Source: Gordius albopunctatus
Taxonomy: Eukaryota
DNA length: 64,000 nt
Assembly (NCBI GenBank): GCA_964276515.1
Contig: OZ193909.1
Location: 14,074,001-14,138,000, forward strand
Reading direction: 5' to 3'
Positions 1 through 14,431 of this stretch are shown here, in pieces (within the stretch, counting starts at the first letter, position 1; each line of letters opens with the position of its first letter). The position numbers and the translations under genes are program-made. Under the pieces are notes generated by a model. That model saw only the letters and a program-made list of their open reading frames with translations, made no database searches and had not been told where the DNA came from.

Positions 1-1078
1 AAATAAAAGGAAGGGGGTGCTAAGCTAAGCTTTCTCGAAATTAAACTAAATATAGTTTTTTTTTAATTTTATTAATAAAGCACACTAAAAATACAGTTTT
101 AAATACCATTTCTAATCAAATTGTGTTGAACCTACGGGAGGGATAAAAAATGTGCGTTAAAGGTGAAGCTGTGACCTTAAGGCAATTCAATCTAGAAATT
201 TTCAAAAATAATCCATTTTATATAGAAAGTCACACCCTAATATAATTTAATTATACCCGAATTGCCCGAATCTTATCAAAGCGTGTTAAGACAGTTGTCC
301 TGCCGGCCAGGTCGGGCATTCTGATCTCTGGCTGGTTGTTAACACGAGCTAAAATTCTCTCAAAAAATCTAATCCAACACGTTTCTACCCAATCCCATTG
401 AAGGGAGAGAGAGCGAAAAAGCAATTAATCATCCTTTTACCCAATCAAAAGGGATGTTTGGAGTTACCACGCTGGCTACTGACACCCTACACAGGCCCTA
501 GAACGTTAGGTATTCCTGCCCGTTCTCTTAATTCGTATGTGTCAATTTTGACCACATTTTAACCATTGCTACGTACCTCTACACCTGTTCCTTAAAACTG
601 GGATGGTAGAGTAGTGTAAAAATGTGAAGGATTCCAATTTATTAAAAAAGTTTGACTCGTAATAGCCCCACCCCGTTATCAGTTACCATAATTCTTTTCG
701 AAATATTTTATTGTAACCTCGGTAAATATATTGTTTACAAGCTTAAATTCACTCCAACCTCAATAATCCTCCACTAATATATATTTTTTAAAATTAAATT
801 CAAAAAAAATCGACAAAAAACAACTAATCCCTCATTTATTAACATAAGCCTAGCTAGAATTCGTTTTGCGAGGAACGGGGACGGCGCGTATAAATGATGT
901 TTTATCACAAACTTTTAACAATAATTTTATCCAAAATGGGGAGAATTTTTGGATTTGAAGGGGGAGGGGTAGACCCCAGGCGGCCCCTAACAGTTTCGCC
1001 CATATTCATTTACGTAATTAATTATTATCATCATTAAATCTTAGCTTACTTTGTTTAGGGAATAATTATAAAGCCTAC

Positions 1079-4000
1079 CAAGAAATCGATTTGGTATTCT
1101 TTCTGGCCCGGCACAATTTTCGCGCAGCTCTCCAAATACGTTCTCGCTGTGGTAGCATCGCCATTTTTCGGTATTTCGTAAGTGTAGAGAGAATTAGATG
1201 CTGGCAAACAAGGGTTTTGATTGTATGCCGGAGGCGAATACATCGAAGAAATAACTTCACCTAAATATACGGTTTCAAAAACAAATTAATCCCATTCAAT
1301 GGGACACGTGTCGTGTTTATGAACTCCCACAAAAATTGACCATTTCACTTGCGTGTGAACTCGCATTTAACATTATTAATTACGAGCTCGCCCCAGACAC
1401 TTGACAATAATGGGGCGGGCGCATCATTTTTAATGATTTCTAAAGTTAAAAGATTTTATCCCTCGTAAAGGATATTTTTTTTTAGGTACGGAATAAAAAC
1501 AATACCTTTTAGCTTATTTACCAACGATAGAAGGCATCTTATTGAAACAGATGCATAGGATTTGTTATATGGTGTGTATTAATCGGCTTTAGAGATCTGC
1601 AGGGGCCGGGCCGGACCTGAAAATGAGCACTAAAAAAAGTGCGGACCGGGCTTGGGCTTTGATAAGTGAAAAAATTTAAATATATTAAACCCTATACTAT
1701 CATTATAGTATTGACACAACAAAATTCATTTATTATCCTGATGATAAAAAATTTATTTTTTCTAACAAAAATTTGCTATTTAAACAGTATTATTTTGAGG
1801 GAAAATTTAATATTATATTTTTCGCTAATTAAGTAAATTAATTCAATTCATTGTTTATTATTTCCCTCGCTTTTCAAATTCTTAGATTGCTTGATATTTG
1901 TTCCAAGATCTCATTGACGTTGTTTTAAGCTTTAAGGTAATTCATTAAAAAATTTTATTTTATAATTAATTAGTTTTAGCTACACTTCTCCTACTTATTA
2001 CAAACTTATAATATCAACATTGCTAATTAGCTTGCAATAGTTTTAATAAAGTAAATTATTATTACATATTATATAACAATTACTTAGCTCTAGCTTTGAA
2101 CATATTTGATTAAATGGAATCTCCAAAAGTAAATAATTCCGATGGAATAGAAAAGGTAATTACTAAAATTTATTTTTTAAAAAGTTTAAAAAAATCTTAT
2201 ATTTAAAATTTCTTAGATTGCTTAAAATTCGTTCAAGTATTTCATTGAAGCCAACATTGTATAAAGTTTTACCCTATTATACATCTTTAAAAGCCATACC
2301 AAATACGCCTCCATCTCCTACTAACAGTGATCCTGTTGAATTAGAAATTTATAAATTAAAAACCAGGGCTAAAACTATGCTGACCTCAAAGTTCGAAATT
2401 GATGTATATCATAAGATATCAACATTTCTGGCTCTAAAATTCCGCACCCTCAAAATATTACCACCTGAGGATGAAAGAATTCTTGTTAAAACCATGGTAA
2501 CACAAACTTTAAATAAATTAATGCAAGAAGAGCTAGGGTCGATCTATGAGCAATTCAGCTAAGGTATGTAGGCAATTAGCTATTGGTGAAGTCGATATGT
2601 ATATCTCCGTTTGGGGGGACGATGAAAGAGAGCAATGAAGTTGATACTTATGTTAAATTAAATCTTAAACCGGAAAATGATGAGCTTGATGTTATTTCAT
2701 GGTGGAAAGAACACGAACTTATCCTACCTAATTTGACAAAGTTAGCTGTACAGTTTTTGGCAATTCCAACCACAAGCGCTACAAGTGAACGCACGTTTAC
2801 TAAGGCAAGTCGCCTAATAGAACAAAGAAGAACAACACTACTACCTGATGGAATAGACAGTTTATTATTTTTAAATGACAATATTGAATTATAATTTTTT
2901 TTATTAATATCAATTTTTTTCATACATGCAAAATTGTTTCTATACAAATAAATTTTTTTGAAAACACTGAAGCTTTTTTCTCGTGCGGGCCTGATGCGGC
3001 GCATTTTTTGTTGTTTTTTTGCGGAGCGGGTATGGGTAAAAAAAAATATATTTGGGCGGGTATGGGCCGGGCTTGACCCTGAAATTTCGGCCCATGCAGA
3101 CCTCTAATCGGCTTCTCTAAAACGGGAAAGATTGCATAAGACTATAGTAATCATTAATATTAGTTAAAATCGTTAACTCATGCGATTCCTTTTCTTCTAA
3201 GGTGAGGATTATAAATATCCGAATGAGAATAAAGTAATCAAATCATAAGGTTCATGTCTTTTATAAAATTTTATTTCCTCTTCTATAAATGCTTTAGAGA
3301 AGACTTTTAAAACCGCTATTCATATAAGAACGCGAAAATTTACCCTTGTTATCGCAACGTATCCCATGTATTTCACTGATAATTTGGCGCTGATTGAACG
3401 GGTTGGGCGCTGGATCTTTTTTATATCGCGGCAGCGTAAATTCTTTCAACGATATTGCAATACAACTTTGTTCACCCCTGATAAATTTAAGTAAAAAAAC
3501 TTTTACATTTTGATCGAAAATTTATTAATATTTTCTTATATATATTTGTGTTTTACAATAAGGAAACCTTTTCTTCCGTCTAAACATTCAGTATCCTTTT
3601 ATTAAAACAAAGACTTGGTATTCTTATAGCCAAATACAATTTTTAATCGTTTGCCGATTCTAGGCCACTTTTGCGAGATCCTCTCAACAATTTTAACTTG
3701 AAAATAGTTTATTTTTACTGTTATTAAACGCATTTTGTTATTTATGTTTTACGATTCATTTTATATAATTGTCAAATTTCCGTGTTTTTAACAAATAAAT
3801 ATTTTGAACAAAAAATGACTATTAAACGTTACATTTTAGTGGGTGAAGTTTGATGTTTTGAATTGCCAAAACTCTCCTCGGAGCAAAAATACAGGCGAAT
3901 CTTAACTTCTGTCTCGAGTGGAAAATCAGACTGAAAGCCAAATTTGAGACTTATTACCAAGTGATCATTTTGAATGTTTTGCAAAACGGATAATACATTA

Positions 4001-7000
4001 ACTATATCTTGATTGACCACAATATCTCGGTCGATCCACAATAATGTGCCCCATTCATTCAAACTCCTTTCTATGTGCAAATCTAAACAAAACGATTTAA
4101 ATTTTTGTTGATAATTTTAAAAAATGGGAAATATATTGTGAAATTATAATAAAATAATAACTAAACTCAAAGGTGATTTGAAAGAATAGTCAGCGATGTC
4201 TGTAGCTTTTTGAGCATATTGCTTTCGTGCTTGGATATCTGAATGGGAATTTGTTGCCAACGTCATGTACAAAGGAAAGATTTTTGTTAACTGATAATGG
4301 ACACGACCTTGGTAAAAATCAACATAAAAAAATATTTTTTGTAAATTTATAAAGTATAAGTTAAATTTACTTTGTTACTAATATTTTGTGACTTTCAGCC
4401 TCATTCGAAACAAAAACCTTTAATTAATTATAAACCAATATACAAACTTTTTTAAACCCATAAATTGCCTTTTGATAAGAATGAGGCTTGAAAACGTCAA
4501 TAAAATACTTTTTAAGTTTATAAATCAGCCAAATTATTGTGGAATTACATCATATAAAAATTATAAATTATTCCATTACCCAGGGCAAAACATTCTAGAT
4601 TTATGAAATCCAAGTACTCTTGCCATTCATTGTCTTCGTTGGCGAGAGTAATTATTAAGAGTACAGTTTAAGGCAGCAGATTAATAAAGGTTAAGCAAAG
4701 TAAATAGCCCATACCCAAACCTGTTTTAAATTTAAAACTTTAACTTAGACCCAACTAGAAGGTATTGTTATAACTCATAGTGCCCTCCCCCTACTTATAT
4801 CTAAAAATTAACCACCGTTTAAAAATAATTTCTAATTAAAAATCTGCGTGTAAAATATTTTTTGATCTAACATTATCTTTTTATCAAGTATGTCTTGAAC
4901 TATTGTGTATTAAATGCAATGTCTTTCATAATTTGTTCTTATCAGACAAGCTACGCCTGTGGGAAATATTCGAGATTCGAATCGAATGTTTAAAAAAAGA
5001 TTCGAAAATTCATTTAACCTTCAATTTATTTTAAATAGACTAGTAGCATAAAATACAGCTGTCTTTATCTTATCGCAATTTAGTTATATTTCCCGCCATC
5101 ATTTTTTTAAACCTCTTAATTACAAACACGCTTAATTAAACTTCATTTTGGCACATAATAATAAATGTCCATGTCCAATGCTATTGGTAAGTGGTAACAT
5201 AATCCATTATATTTATCTATATATATATAATATCTATTTAAATTGACTTTAATATGATTGAATCTTATATCTTACATTCTTATATACACAACATAATTTT
5301 TTAATTGCTATGCAATTTATGGGCTCGTTTTTGGTTGTCCGTCCGTCCGTCCGTCTACCAAGTTATTTACACCAGCTTCCCGACCTGGAGGTTGCGGGTT
5401 CGAGACCCGGAGAGGACAAATTTTTTTTTTTTTTTTAAATTAAATTAATATTTTTTTCTTGTTAATACCATTGATAATATGACTTTTTGACCGTCCGCAG
5501 GGTACTGACCAATGAAAAAATGACCACTGGCCAGATAAATCGAAATTTTTAATTTTTCGTTTTTGAATAGTTTAACATTGATAATTACCCTATGCCGTCC
5601 CCTACAAGGGCCTATGGCTCTATTTATATGGTTCCCTGTTCCCCTCCAAAGGCTTATGCCTCTATTTAATGTGGGTTTGAATCCCGGCGAACGTTCTAAA
5701 TTGATGGTTCGAGACCCGGAGAGGACAAAAATTTTTATTTTTTTTTAAATTAAATTAATATATTGTTCTTGTTAATACCATTGATAATATGAATTTTTGA
5801 CCGTCCGCAGGCTACTGACCAATGAAAAAATGACCACTTGCCAGATAAATCGAAATTTTTAATTTTTCGTTTTTGAATAGTTTAACATTGATAATTACCC
5901 TATGCCCTCCCCTACAAGGGCCTATGGCTCTATTTATATGGTTCCCTGTTCCCCTCCAAAGGCTTATGCCTCTATTTAATGTGGGTTCGAATCCCGGAGA
6001 GGGCAAAATTTTTTTTTTTTAATTAATTTAATATTTTGTTCTTGTTAATACCATTGATAATATGACTTTTTGACCGTCCGCTGGCTACTGACCAATGAAA
6101 AAATGAACATTGGCCAAATAAATCCTAATTTTTCGTTTTTCCTTTTTGAATAAGTTAACATTGATAATTGAAAAAAATTACCATTGGCCAAATAAATCAA
6201 AATTTTTTGTTCGTTTTTGAATAGGTTAACATTGATAATTACCCTATACTTTTTAATAATTGCTATGCAATTTATCTAGTTTTTGGGTTAGAATCCCGGA
6301 GTTTTTTTTGACTCTTATGATTGTTCTTGTTACTATCAATGATAATAAGACTTTTTGGCCGTCCGCTGGCTGCTGACCAATGAAAAAAATGACCATTGGC
6401 CAAAATGTGTATCCGAGTTTATTTTTTCGTTTTTTTTTGAATATTATGATTGTTCCTGTTCCTACCATTGCTATTATGACTTTTTGGCCGTCCGCTGGCT
6501 GCTGACCAATGGAATAAAATGACCATTGGCCAAAATGTGATTCGAAAATTTTTTTTTCGTTTTTTTTGACTGTTATGAATTTATATCCACTTTTACCGTG
6601 TCCTGGCTGCTGACCAATGGAAAAAAATGACCATTGGCCAAAATGTGAATCGAAATTATTTTTTCCGTTTTTTTTGACTATTATGATTGTTCCTGTTCCT
6701 ACCATTGCTATTATGACTTTTTGGCCGTCCGCTGGCTGCTGACCAATGGAATAAAATGACCATTGGCCAAAATGTGATTCGAAAACTTTTTTTTCGTTTT
6801 TTTTTACTGTTATGAATTTATATCCACTTTTACCGTGTCCTGGCTGCTGACCTATGGAAAAAAATGACCATTGGCCAAAATGTGTATCCGAGTTTATTTT
6901 TTCGTTTTTTTTTGAATATTATGATTGTTCCTGTTCCTACCATTGCTATTATGACTTTTTGGCCGTCCGCTGGCTGCTGACCAATGGAATAAAATGACCA

Positions 7001-10000
7001 TTGGCCAAAATGTGATTCGAAAATTTTTTTTTCGTTTTTTTTGACTGTTATGAATTTATATCCACTTTTACCGTGTCCTGGCTGCTGACCAATGGAAAAA
7101 AAATGACCATTGGCCAAAATGTGAATCGAAATTATTTTTTCCGTTTTTTTTGACTATTATGATTGTTCCTGTTCCTACCATTGCTATTATGACTTTTTGG
7201 CCGTCCGCTGGCTGCTGATCAATGGAATAAAATAACCATTGGCCAAAATGTGATTCGAAAACTTTTTTTTCGTTTTTTTTTGACTATTATGAATTTATAT
7301 CCACTTTTACCGTGTCCTGGCTGCTGACCAATGGAAAAAATGACCTTTGGCCAAAATGTGATTCGAAAATTTTTTTTTCGTTTTTTTTGACTATTATGAT
7401 TGTTCCTGTTCCTACCATTGCTATTATGACTTTTTGGTAATACAACTCCCGTAGAATTTAACTAACCATAAAGCTTCCCCTTCGCTCCCTCTCTCCCCCT
7501 TTATGATATTTGGCATATACACTTATTTAGTGCTTCCAACCTTCGTTTTGCAATATTCACGTAAGTATTTCCATAAATTGCATAGCAAATATGATACATT
7601 TATACGGAGTGTAGATGAGTTCCCCCTTCCCTCCCCTCCTCCCCTTCCCCCTTCCCACGAGGGCCGAAGGCCCGAATTTTATTAACTAAACCATAAACAA
7701 TCCTTCAAGGAAGAAAATATTAGAAAAATAATTTGCCTCAAAAATTGGCTGAAAAACACTGCTTAATCATTTTACAAATATATTTCTGTTCGCCTATTAT
7801 AGTTCCATATTCAATTTGTGTTTAATATATTTTTAAATAAATTTTTGAAATGTATTTATAGTGTTTTATAAAAAACTTAAAACATGTTCGAATCGAATTG
7901 GAATCTTAAAATTTCTTTCGAATCGAATCCGAATCTTTAATTTGTTATTCGACGAATATCGAATCGAATATTTTTCCAAAAAAATTTGGCGTAAAACAAA
8001 CGTTTAGCTAAGATTTAAGTAATTATTTAGTAAAGTTTAGTATTTTCTACCACCCTTTGGCTGAACGATTTTTTTTTAAAAGTTAAAAATTCTTGTAAAT
8101 TATGAGGAATTCTAAAATTATTGATAATTGCTTATAATTTTTTACGAGCCTTTGATAAATTTCGCTAACATTTGACATAAAACACGGCTGAAATAGGACA
8201 CCTCTCAACAATGCTGAAGAGTGAAATAGTTTAATTGACGATTAAACTTTCCGACAAAATATCTGCTCAAAAAATAACTATGAATTGAAAATAACACTGG
8301 TCAACAAATAATGGACTTGTGAAATTAACCTGCGAACTATTTGCAGATTCTGGTAGAGTTTTTCACGGTGAACACAAATATCTTTTTAGTTTTTTCCCTA
8401 TACCTCAAGTTTTTTAAATATTCGCTGTCAAAGTTGCCAAAAACGCGATTTTAGCGTTTTTCAAACGTCAATAACTTGCAAATTGGTGGGTAAAAATTTT
8501 ATTTATTAGATTTAATACGTAGAGATAGGGGAGAGGAATGTATTTACAATTTTTTTTTTATCCTAGCACTTTTAATTTTTAAATTATATACAAAATTAAT
8601 TATCCCTATTTTTTGCATTGACAAATTACACCAGACTTCTCTTCAACACTAGGAATTAAGTGTGTGTTGTTGTTTGTGTTGTTGTTTATCCACTCTACTA
8701 CTACTATTACCAAAACAACAACACCCACTTAATTCCTAGTGTTGAAGAGAAGTCTGGTGTAATTTGTCAATGCAAAAAATAGGGATAATTAATTTTGTAT
8801 ATAATTTAAAAAATAAAAGTGCTAGGATAAAAAAAATTGTGAATACATTCCTCTCCCCTATCCCTACGTATTATATCTATTAAATAAAATTTTTACCGAC
8901 TAATTTGCAAGTTATTGACGTTTGGAAAACGCTAAAATCATCGCGTTTTTGGCAACTTTGACAGCGAATATTTAAAAAAATTGACGTATAGGTAAAAAAC
9001 TAAAAACATATTTGTGTTCATCGTGAAAAACTCTACCAGAATCTGCAAACAGTTTGCCGGTTAATTTTTCTTGTTGAACCGTGTAATCAACCAACAAATT
9101 TATGATAAATATTTAAAAGCAATTCAAAAGACTTTACAGAATATAAGGACTTGCAAAAAATGTAAGGCGTTATAATTATAGCAGCGGGCACAGCGAAGTA
9201 CTACTTAAAAACGTAAATTAAACAATCATTCTAGACAGTATTACCTTCTTCGTTGGGCATTTGACTTAGGCCATATAATCTGCACTGCAGCAGCTCTTCT
9301 GTAAGATTTAGGGCTATGAGCGACCAGCCCTCTGCTTGAGTCGTCTTTAAAAAATCCTGGTAAAATGTTTCAGCCTTTTCATAGTCGCCCATTCGCCTAT
9401 TTATAAATTTAATTAAAACACATGTCTACACCAAGTTCCATATCAATTAGTTTTCCACGGGCTTTAAAGTTTGACAAAACTAATTCAACAGTAGAAATTG
9501 CTTCTATTATAATTCAAATAATTAAAAAATTTTTTCATTTTATTAAAAATAATCAAAGAAATAGTGTTGGTCTTTTAGAAAAATGCCAAGAGACACGACT
9601 TACGTCGGGCTTGAATAAAAAGGGTGGGTAAAGAGTGCCCTTTATTAAAGTTACTATAAAACTAAACACATCTAAACATCCAATTATTTACAAATTCAAT
9701 TTTATCCATTTTAATTTCTATAAAAAAGCAAACAAATCTTTGATAAGAAATATAGGCAAATTTTGTAAAAACAAATTATACACTTCAACAAAGCCTAACT
9801 ATTGAATAATGTTTAGAATCCTAAAAATGCTCAAAGACAAATTGACGAGAAGCTTTAAACAGGGCAAAACATTACAGGTAAAACTTGGCGATATCTTGTC
9901 CAACTAGCTTAGCGCTCCGCACCCTTCCTACGTGCTTTAGGCTGATTAGTGAAAGTTCTGCAATTTCCTAAACATAATCCTTTCATCAAAAACTATATAT

Positions 10001-13000
10001 TCACCCATTTAAAATTTAAATAAAAAACATATAAGATATTATTTAAAACAAGATGTATAATTGTTATGTCGATAAGGTTCAAAATCTTTCAAATCTTATA
10101 TAGAAAACATTGCGCCTTTATTATAAAATGGAGTTATAAGTAAAAGCCGGCAAATTAAAAACCAAGATAGTCCATTGATCGTAAAAATATAAATCATAAA
10201 ATAAATTCGCATTTCAATTTAGTCCTTTAATTATATGTGTCTTGTTATCCATAACACTTAAGATAAAACAAATTTAAAATTTATGGACCAGATATAATGT
10301 TTTGTAGTATCCTTTTGATTCCAAACAATTTCGCAATTTCATCAGAGGCGAGTGATCTTTGTCAACGTATAGTCCGAGTCCTGAAAGAAGATTAATGACT
10401 GCTGATATCTTTTCTGGCGTAGATTCAGAGTCTGGCATCAGCCCACAAACTTCTCCAATTTCCTAAATTACATCAATATGCTTTAGAAATATTGAAGATT
10501 TTAGGATTAAAAACTTTATTATATGCAATTTTATTAGTTTTGCCTAAGAGAAAGGATATATATATATATATTTGTACAATCATTCAACAAGCAAAACATC
10601 CTAACTATATATAATTTAGATGAAAAATTCTTTTGTCCTGCCAAATAATAAATTAGGAACTAACGTTTAAGCATCGCCTGATGCAACCGTACAAGCTAGC
10701 TTTGCTTTCCAACTCATTCCTTTCGCCCGCCTCCACATTTGCCACAACATCCTGACTGCTGCCCACAGCCCCCTTAGCTGTTGGTAGGAAAGGTGTGGGA
10801 TTTGTTTGAGATTTGGCCTGATATTGGACATCTTGCAACACATCCAAAACGTGACTTAGGGTGCAAAAGGCCCAAGCACTAACGCTACCCGTCGGATAAG
10901 GTATCTATGTGATAGTATTGCGAAAAATGGAAAGTTTAATTTATTACGACGAGAAATTCAAAGAACTCTAATATAATTTACTTAAATTGGGATAAAGTTT
11001 AAAGGAGGTTAGATGAATTTTTTGGCTCCCACTCCCTTAACATCAATAATTGCCGTAATTAGTGTTAAAATTTACAATAATAATCTTCAAAACCGTCCTT
11101 AAATCATTGCTATACTTAGAGTTGTTAAATTGCCAACTTTCTTCAAACTCCAAACGCGAGCACGCACACTGAGTTGCTTAATATGCGCGTTAACACAATA
11201 TGTGCTCGCTGTTTGGTGCAGTAGGCAGAGCAGTAGCATATAAAAATGCTCGAGGGCCGAGCAGAAACTCGAGCAGATGGTGGCTGGAGTTGAAGAAAGT
11301 TAGCAATTTAACAACTCTAGCTATACTATACTCCTAGTCAGCCCCTCCCTAAATAGATCCTACTTGTGCCCATAATTTGGATGAAAATAAGCGATATAAT
11401 ATGTATCGGTTAATGCGCCGCTCCCATGAGCTTAGCCAACTAAATGAATCTGGTGCAAAATCTAATAATGTAATATTCGCATTTTACAAATTGAGACCGG
11501 TTTTCATGCATATTCATACGCATGTAATATGTACTAAAAAACTACGTAATAAAAGGATACTATAATTGTTAATTGAAACAAAATAAGTTAAATATCAAAA
11601 TGTATAATACTATTTTATCAAATAAATACATATTGATATAATAAATCACTAAATCTAACCCTAACCCTTCTTGCCTATATTACTACATTTTGCACAGAAG
11701 TGAACTAAATACAAAAATGTGTTGCAATTTAGTAAAATTAGCGCTAAAATATGAAAAAATGTTAATTTTGCTCCTCCCTAAATTATTATTATTGCCCCCC
11801 CCCCTCTAATTTGAATGCTGGCTAAAACTCGCGATGAAAGTTGTATTACGTTACAAAAAAAGGCCCGTGAAATACTAATTTTACTCCCGATTGATGTGTG
11901 GGAAGAATTATAGGATCGATAATAATCCAATAATTAAATGCAAAGTTGCGCTAGGCCCCCGACACTCTTATGTAAGGCCCAGCCAGGTTACAGCTATCAA
12001 GTGGCAAAGTAATCTTTGACGACACATAAATGTGCTAGGCTAGCTATGTTAAGCTTAAATTGCAAGGTTCTAAATTAAAAAAAATTAAATTTAGATTTTT
12101 AGCCGTAAAAGGATATTATATATGTCCAGTGCAATTTCATAAAGCCTAGATTCAATTTTTTTATTCGTGAAATCAAAGTTTGTGTAACTTAGGTGAGAAT
12201 TGAATTGGGTAAAAATTAACGTATAGTTAAATGAATGATAAAATTTATTTTACCCTTATATTTAAATTTAATAACAAAAGCTTAGCCGAGAGATTCAAAC
12301 CATATGGACGCTAAAAATTAGTTAATAACTGAGAGGGGAAATTTTGCATGATAACTTCATTAAAATTATAGCTTCTTCCAATATTAAAAAACAATAATTA
12401 ATAAAATAAATAAATAATAAACAAATATCATTAAAAAACGCATGACAAATTTTTACTTTAAGATATAAGATGGCATCTGTGACTTTTTGTACAAATAGCA
12501 ACGTTAGATGCCCGATGTCTTTGAATTTTGCATGCTCGACGTTCTTAGATTCAGCCGCCGATGTATCATTATCTTGCAGAAGGAGCAGCCAAGAGACGAA
12601 CATCATGTTACACAACTCTAAAAAGTGAAACTTATATTTGGACCTCTTTGCAGCTGAATTGTCATCACTAACATTCAACAGGACATTTTGGAGCTGAGAG
12701 ACGTATGTTTGGGATATTTGAAAACCGTCCCAGTTTTTGGGAATTTCAAAATCTTGGGCCACAAAAATAGCAGGAGTGCCTTTTAACAATTTGAAAAAAG
12801 TGTCTATAGTGTTTTCACGACAAGTCAAAGTGTATCTGTACAAGCCAACGGACTTTGTCAATTTACACAATTCATCCTAAATAATTTAATAATGTTATAT
12901 GGAATTCTAATTTTTTTGAATGGGCATTTACTTTGCGTATTAGATATCTCCAAAATAAATCTTTGTTTTCACAATTCAAATTAGTTATTTGATTGAGCAA

Positions 13001-14431
13001 ACAATCTATATGTACTTCATAGCTATTAATTTTTTTGGATAAAGCCTGCAATAGCATTTCTTTAATAGTTGCCATCAATTTTATCCATGACATGTTGAAT
13101 GCATCAAGGGATTTGTAAAAATCATCTGTTTTGAGATTATTACAATAATTTGTATGATTTTTTCCAAAAGATAAAGATGGAATAATTGCTTCTAAATATC
13201 CACTCTGAGTATGGTTCAGGTATAGTGTTGCTATTCTAATTAATTATTTGTTAATATTTTTTCTATTAATACATACCTAACATTTCCATGACTAAAATCT
13301 TCTTTTAATTTTTCAATCACTAATATTTTTTCATAAAAATTTGTTGAGCTGGAGGATATGGAATGATTTGATAGACCGTTGCCCTTTGTTTTTGATTGCT
13401 GCTCCATTTTATTAAAATTTATGGCATTTTCCTTTACAGAATTAAATGCTGATTTAGAGAGTACTCCTATTTTTTTGCTTTTCTTATTGCCAGCTTCCTT
13501 TTCACCATTAATAGATGAAGTACATGAATCAATCATGGAAGCAGAACATCGTAATATAACTGAAACAATTAAATTGCTATAATTTTCTTTGGTAACAATA
13601 TCATAATTGGATAAATTAGGATTGGAAGTCATTTTCTGAATAGTATCAAGCCATTTGACAATGGTGGGTTTTACCAACCTAGTATAGTTTTCCAAATCCT
13701 ATTTGTATAGAAAAAGTATACAATAATCAAATAATATTTATGGGTGTAGCCAGGAGCTTGCCTCCCACCCCCTTTAAATAAGTTTAAAAAAATTATGGTT
13801 ATAATGCTATATTTTGCACCAACCAACTTTTGTGGCTATGCCTATGAACACATTATTAAATAATATATATAAGAATTATGATCTATTCTATTATTAATTT
13901 AAGATATTATATATTGTACAATGAAAATATTTCCTGATTAAATATAAAATTTAACCAAAATATGCAATAATGTTATTGCTAGCTAAAATAATAATTGCAT
14001 CAATGTTTAAGACCAATAATCAATTCAAAATTAAAGCATTATTTTTATGAATGATTATATTCTATAAAATTTAAGCTTACTAATACAACTATCCACAAAA
14101 TGTTCAAAACAATCTTGTCCCCATCAAATATTATATCACACGACTTATAATTTACATTTATTTGGTAAAGGTTTTCATAGTCACCACTATTAATAAGATA
14201 AACAATAAAATAAATTACCAATAAAATATATTACTAATAAAATTTGCTGATATCATTAGCTAACTCATCTTTAATTTTTGGACTAAAAGTTTCGAAGATA
14301 TCTTTAAGCCCAGAAAACGTTATTATCGGGCTGAAAATAACCATCAGCTGAACGCCATATGAATTAAGCTTACATGAACTGCTAATTAATACAAAACTAA
14401 GAGAATATAAAAGATGTTTAACGGCATACAT
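1079..14431 (-). CDS. TRAPPC10: Multi-exon TRAPP II complex subunit 10 (TRS130 homolog); 3' part probably continues toward and beyond the left edge
   Basis: Translated minus-strand segments match human TRAPPC10 motifs in the right order: SPIITFSGLKDIFETF (~14330); YTRLVKPTIVKWL and VIEKLKEDF (13240-13695); SWIKLMATIKEMLL (~13090); EIGEVCGLMPD (exon 10289-10462); EIAELSLISLKHVGRVRSAKLVGQDIAKFYL (exon 9876-9967); RMGDYEKAETFYQDFLKTTQAEGWSLI (exon 9245-9396). GT/AG boundaries were checked for those three exons. The exact start and the downstream exons are approximate. Confidence 0.85.
1590..3106 (+). mobile_element. Internally deleted hAT DNA transposon in a TRAPPC10 intron
   Basis: TIRs tagagatctgca / tgcagacctcta (1 mismatch). 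Perfect 8-bp TSD atcggctt (1582-1589, 3107-3114). GGGCC-rich subterminal repeats. ORF 2583-2894 encodes the hAT dimerisation motif WWKE...LAIPTTSATSERTF. Confidence 0.93.
5301..7677 (+). mobile_element. DINE-1/HINE-like non-autonomous Helentron-type element, longest copy, with an expanded internal tandem array
   Basis: 5' subTIR ttgctatgcaatttatgg, then a (GTCC)n microsatellite, central tandem repeats, the inverted subTIR ccataaattgcatagcaa (7571-7588) and a 3' hairpin GGGCC-GAA-GGCCC (7661-7673). Four more copies occur in the window. Confidence 0.8.
8295..9083. mobile_element. Foldback/long-TIR MITE (about 370-bp inverted arms) in a TRAPPC10 intron
   Basis: The left arm (e.g. tttgcagattctggtagagtttttcac; acaccagacttctcttcaacactaggaattaag) is the reverse complement of the right arm, around a short TTG/CTA-rich centre (~8670-8715). 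Termini are CAC...GTG. No clean TSD. Confidence 0.85.
11117..11319. mobile_element. hAT-type MITE
   Basis: TIRs of about 30 bp (tagagttgttaaattgc... / ...gcaatttaacaactcta). Perfect 8-bp TSD gctatact (11109-11116, 11320-11327). Confidence 0.9.

Noticed and set aside
5975..6005. Bona fide tRNA genes
   Set aside because: Only T-arm-like motifs are present; no D-arm or acceptor stem could be built.
6253..7430. CRISPR-like array or protein-coding ORFs in the tandem repeats
   Set aside because: There are no unique spacers, the context is eukaryotic, and the ORFs recur in every repeat copy without recognisable domains.
4950..7993. Older element with (GAATC)n-rich ends enclosing the first HINE
   Set aside because: Suggestive subterminal motifs at ~4960-5010 and ~7885-7975, but TIRs and TSD could not be established.
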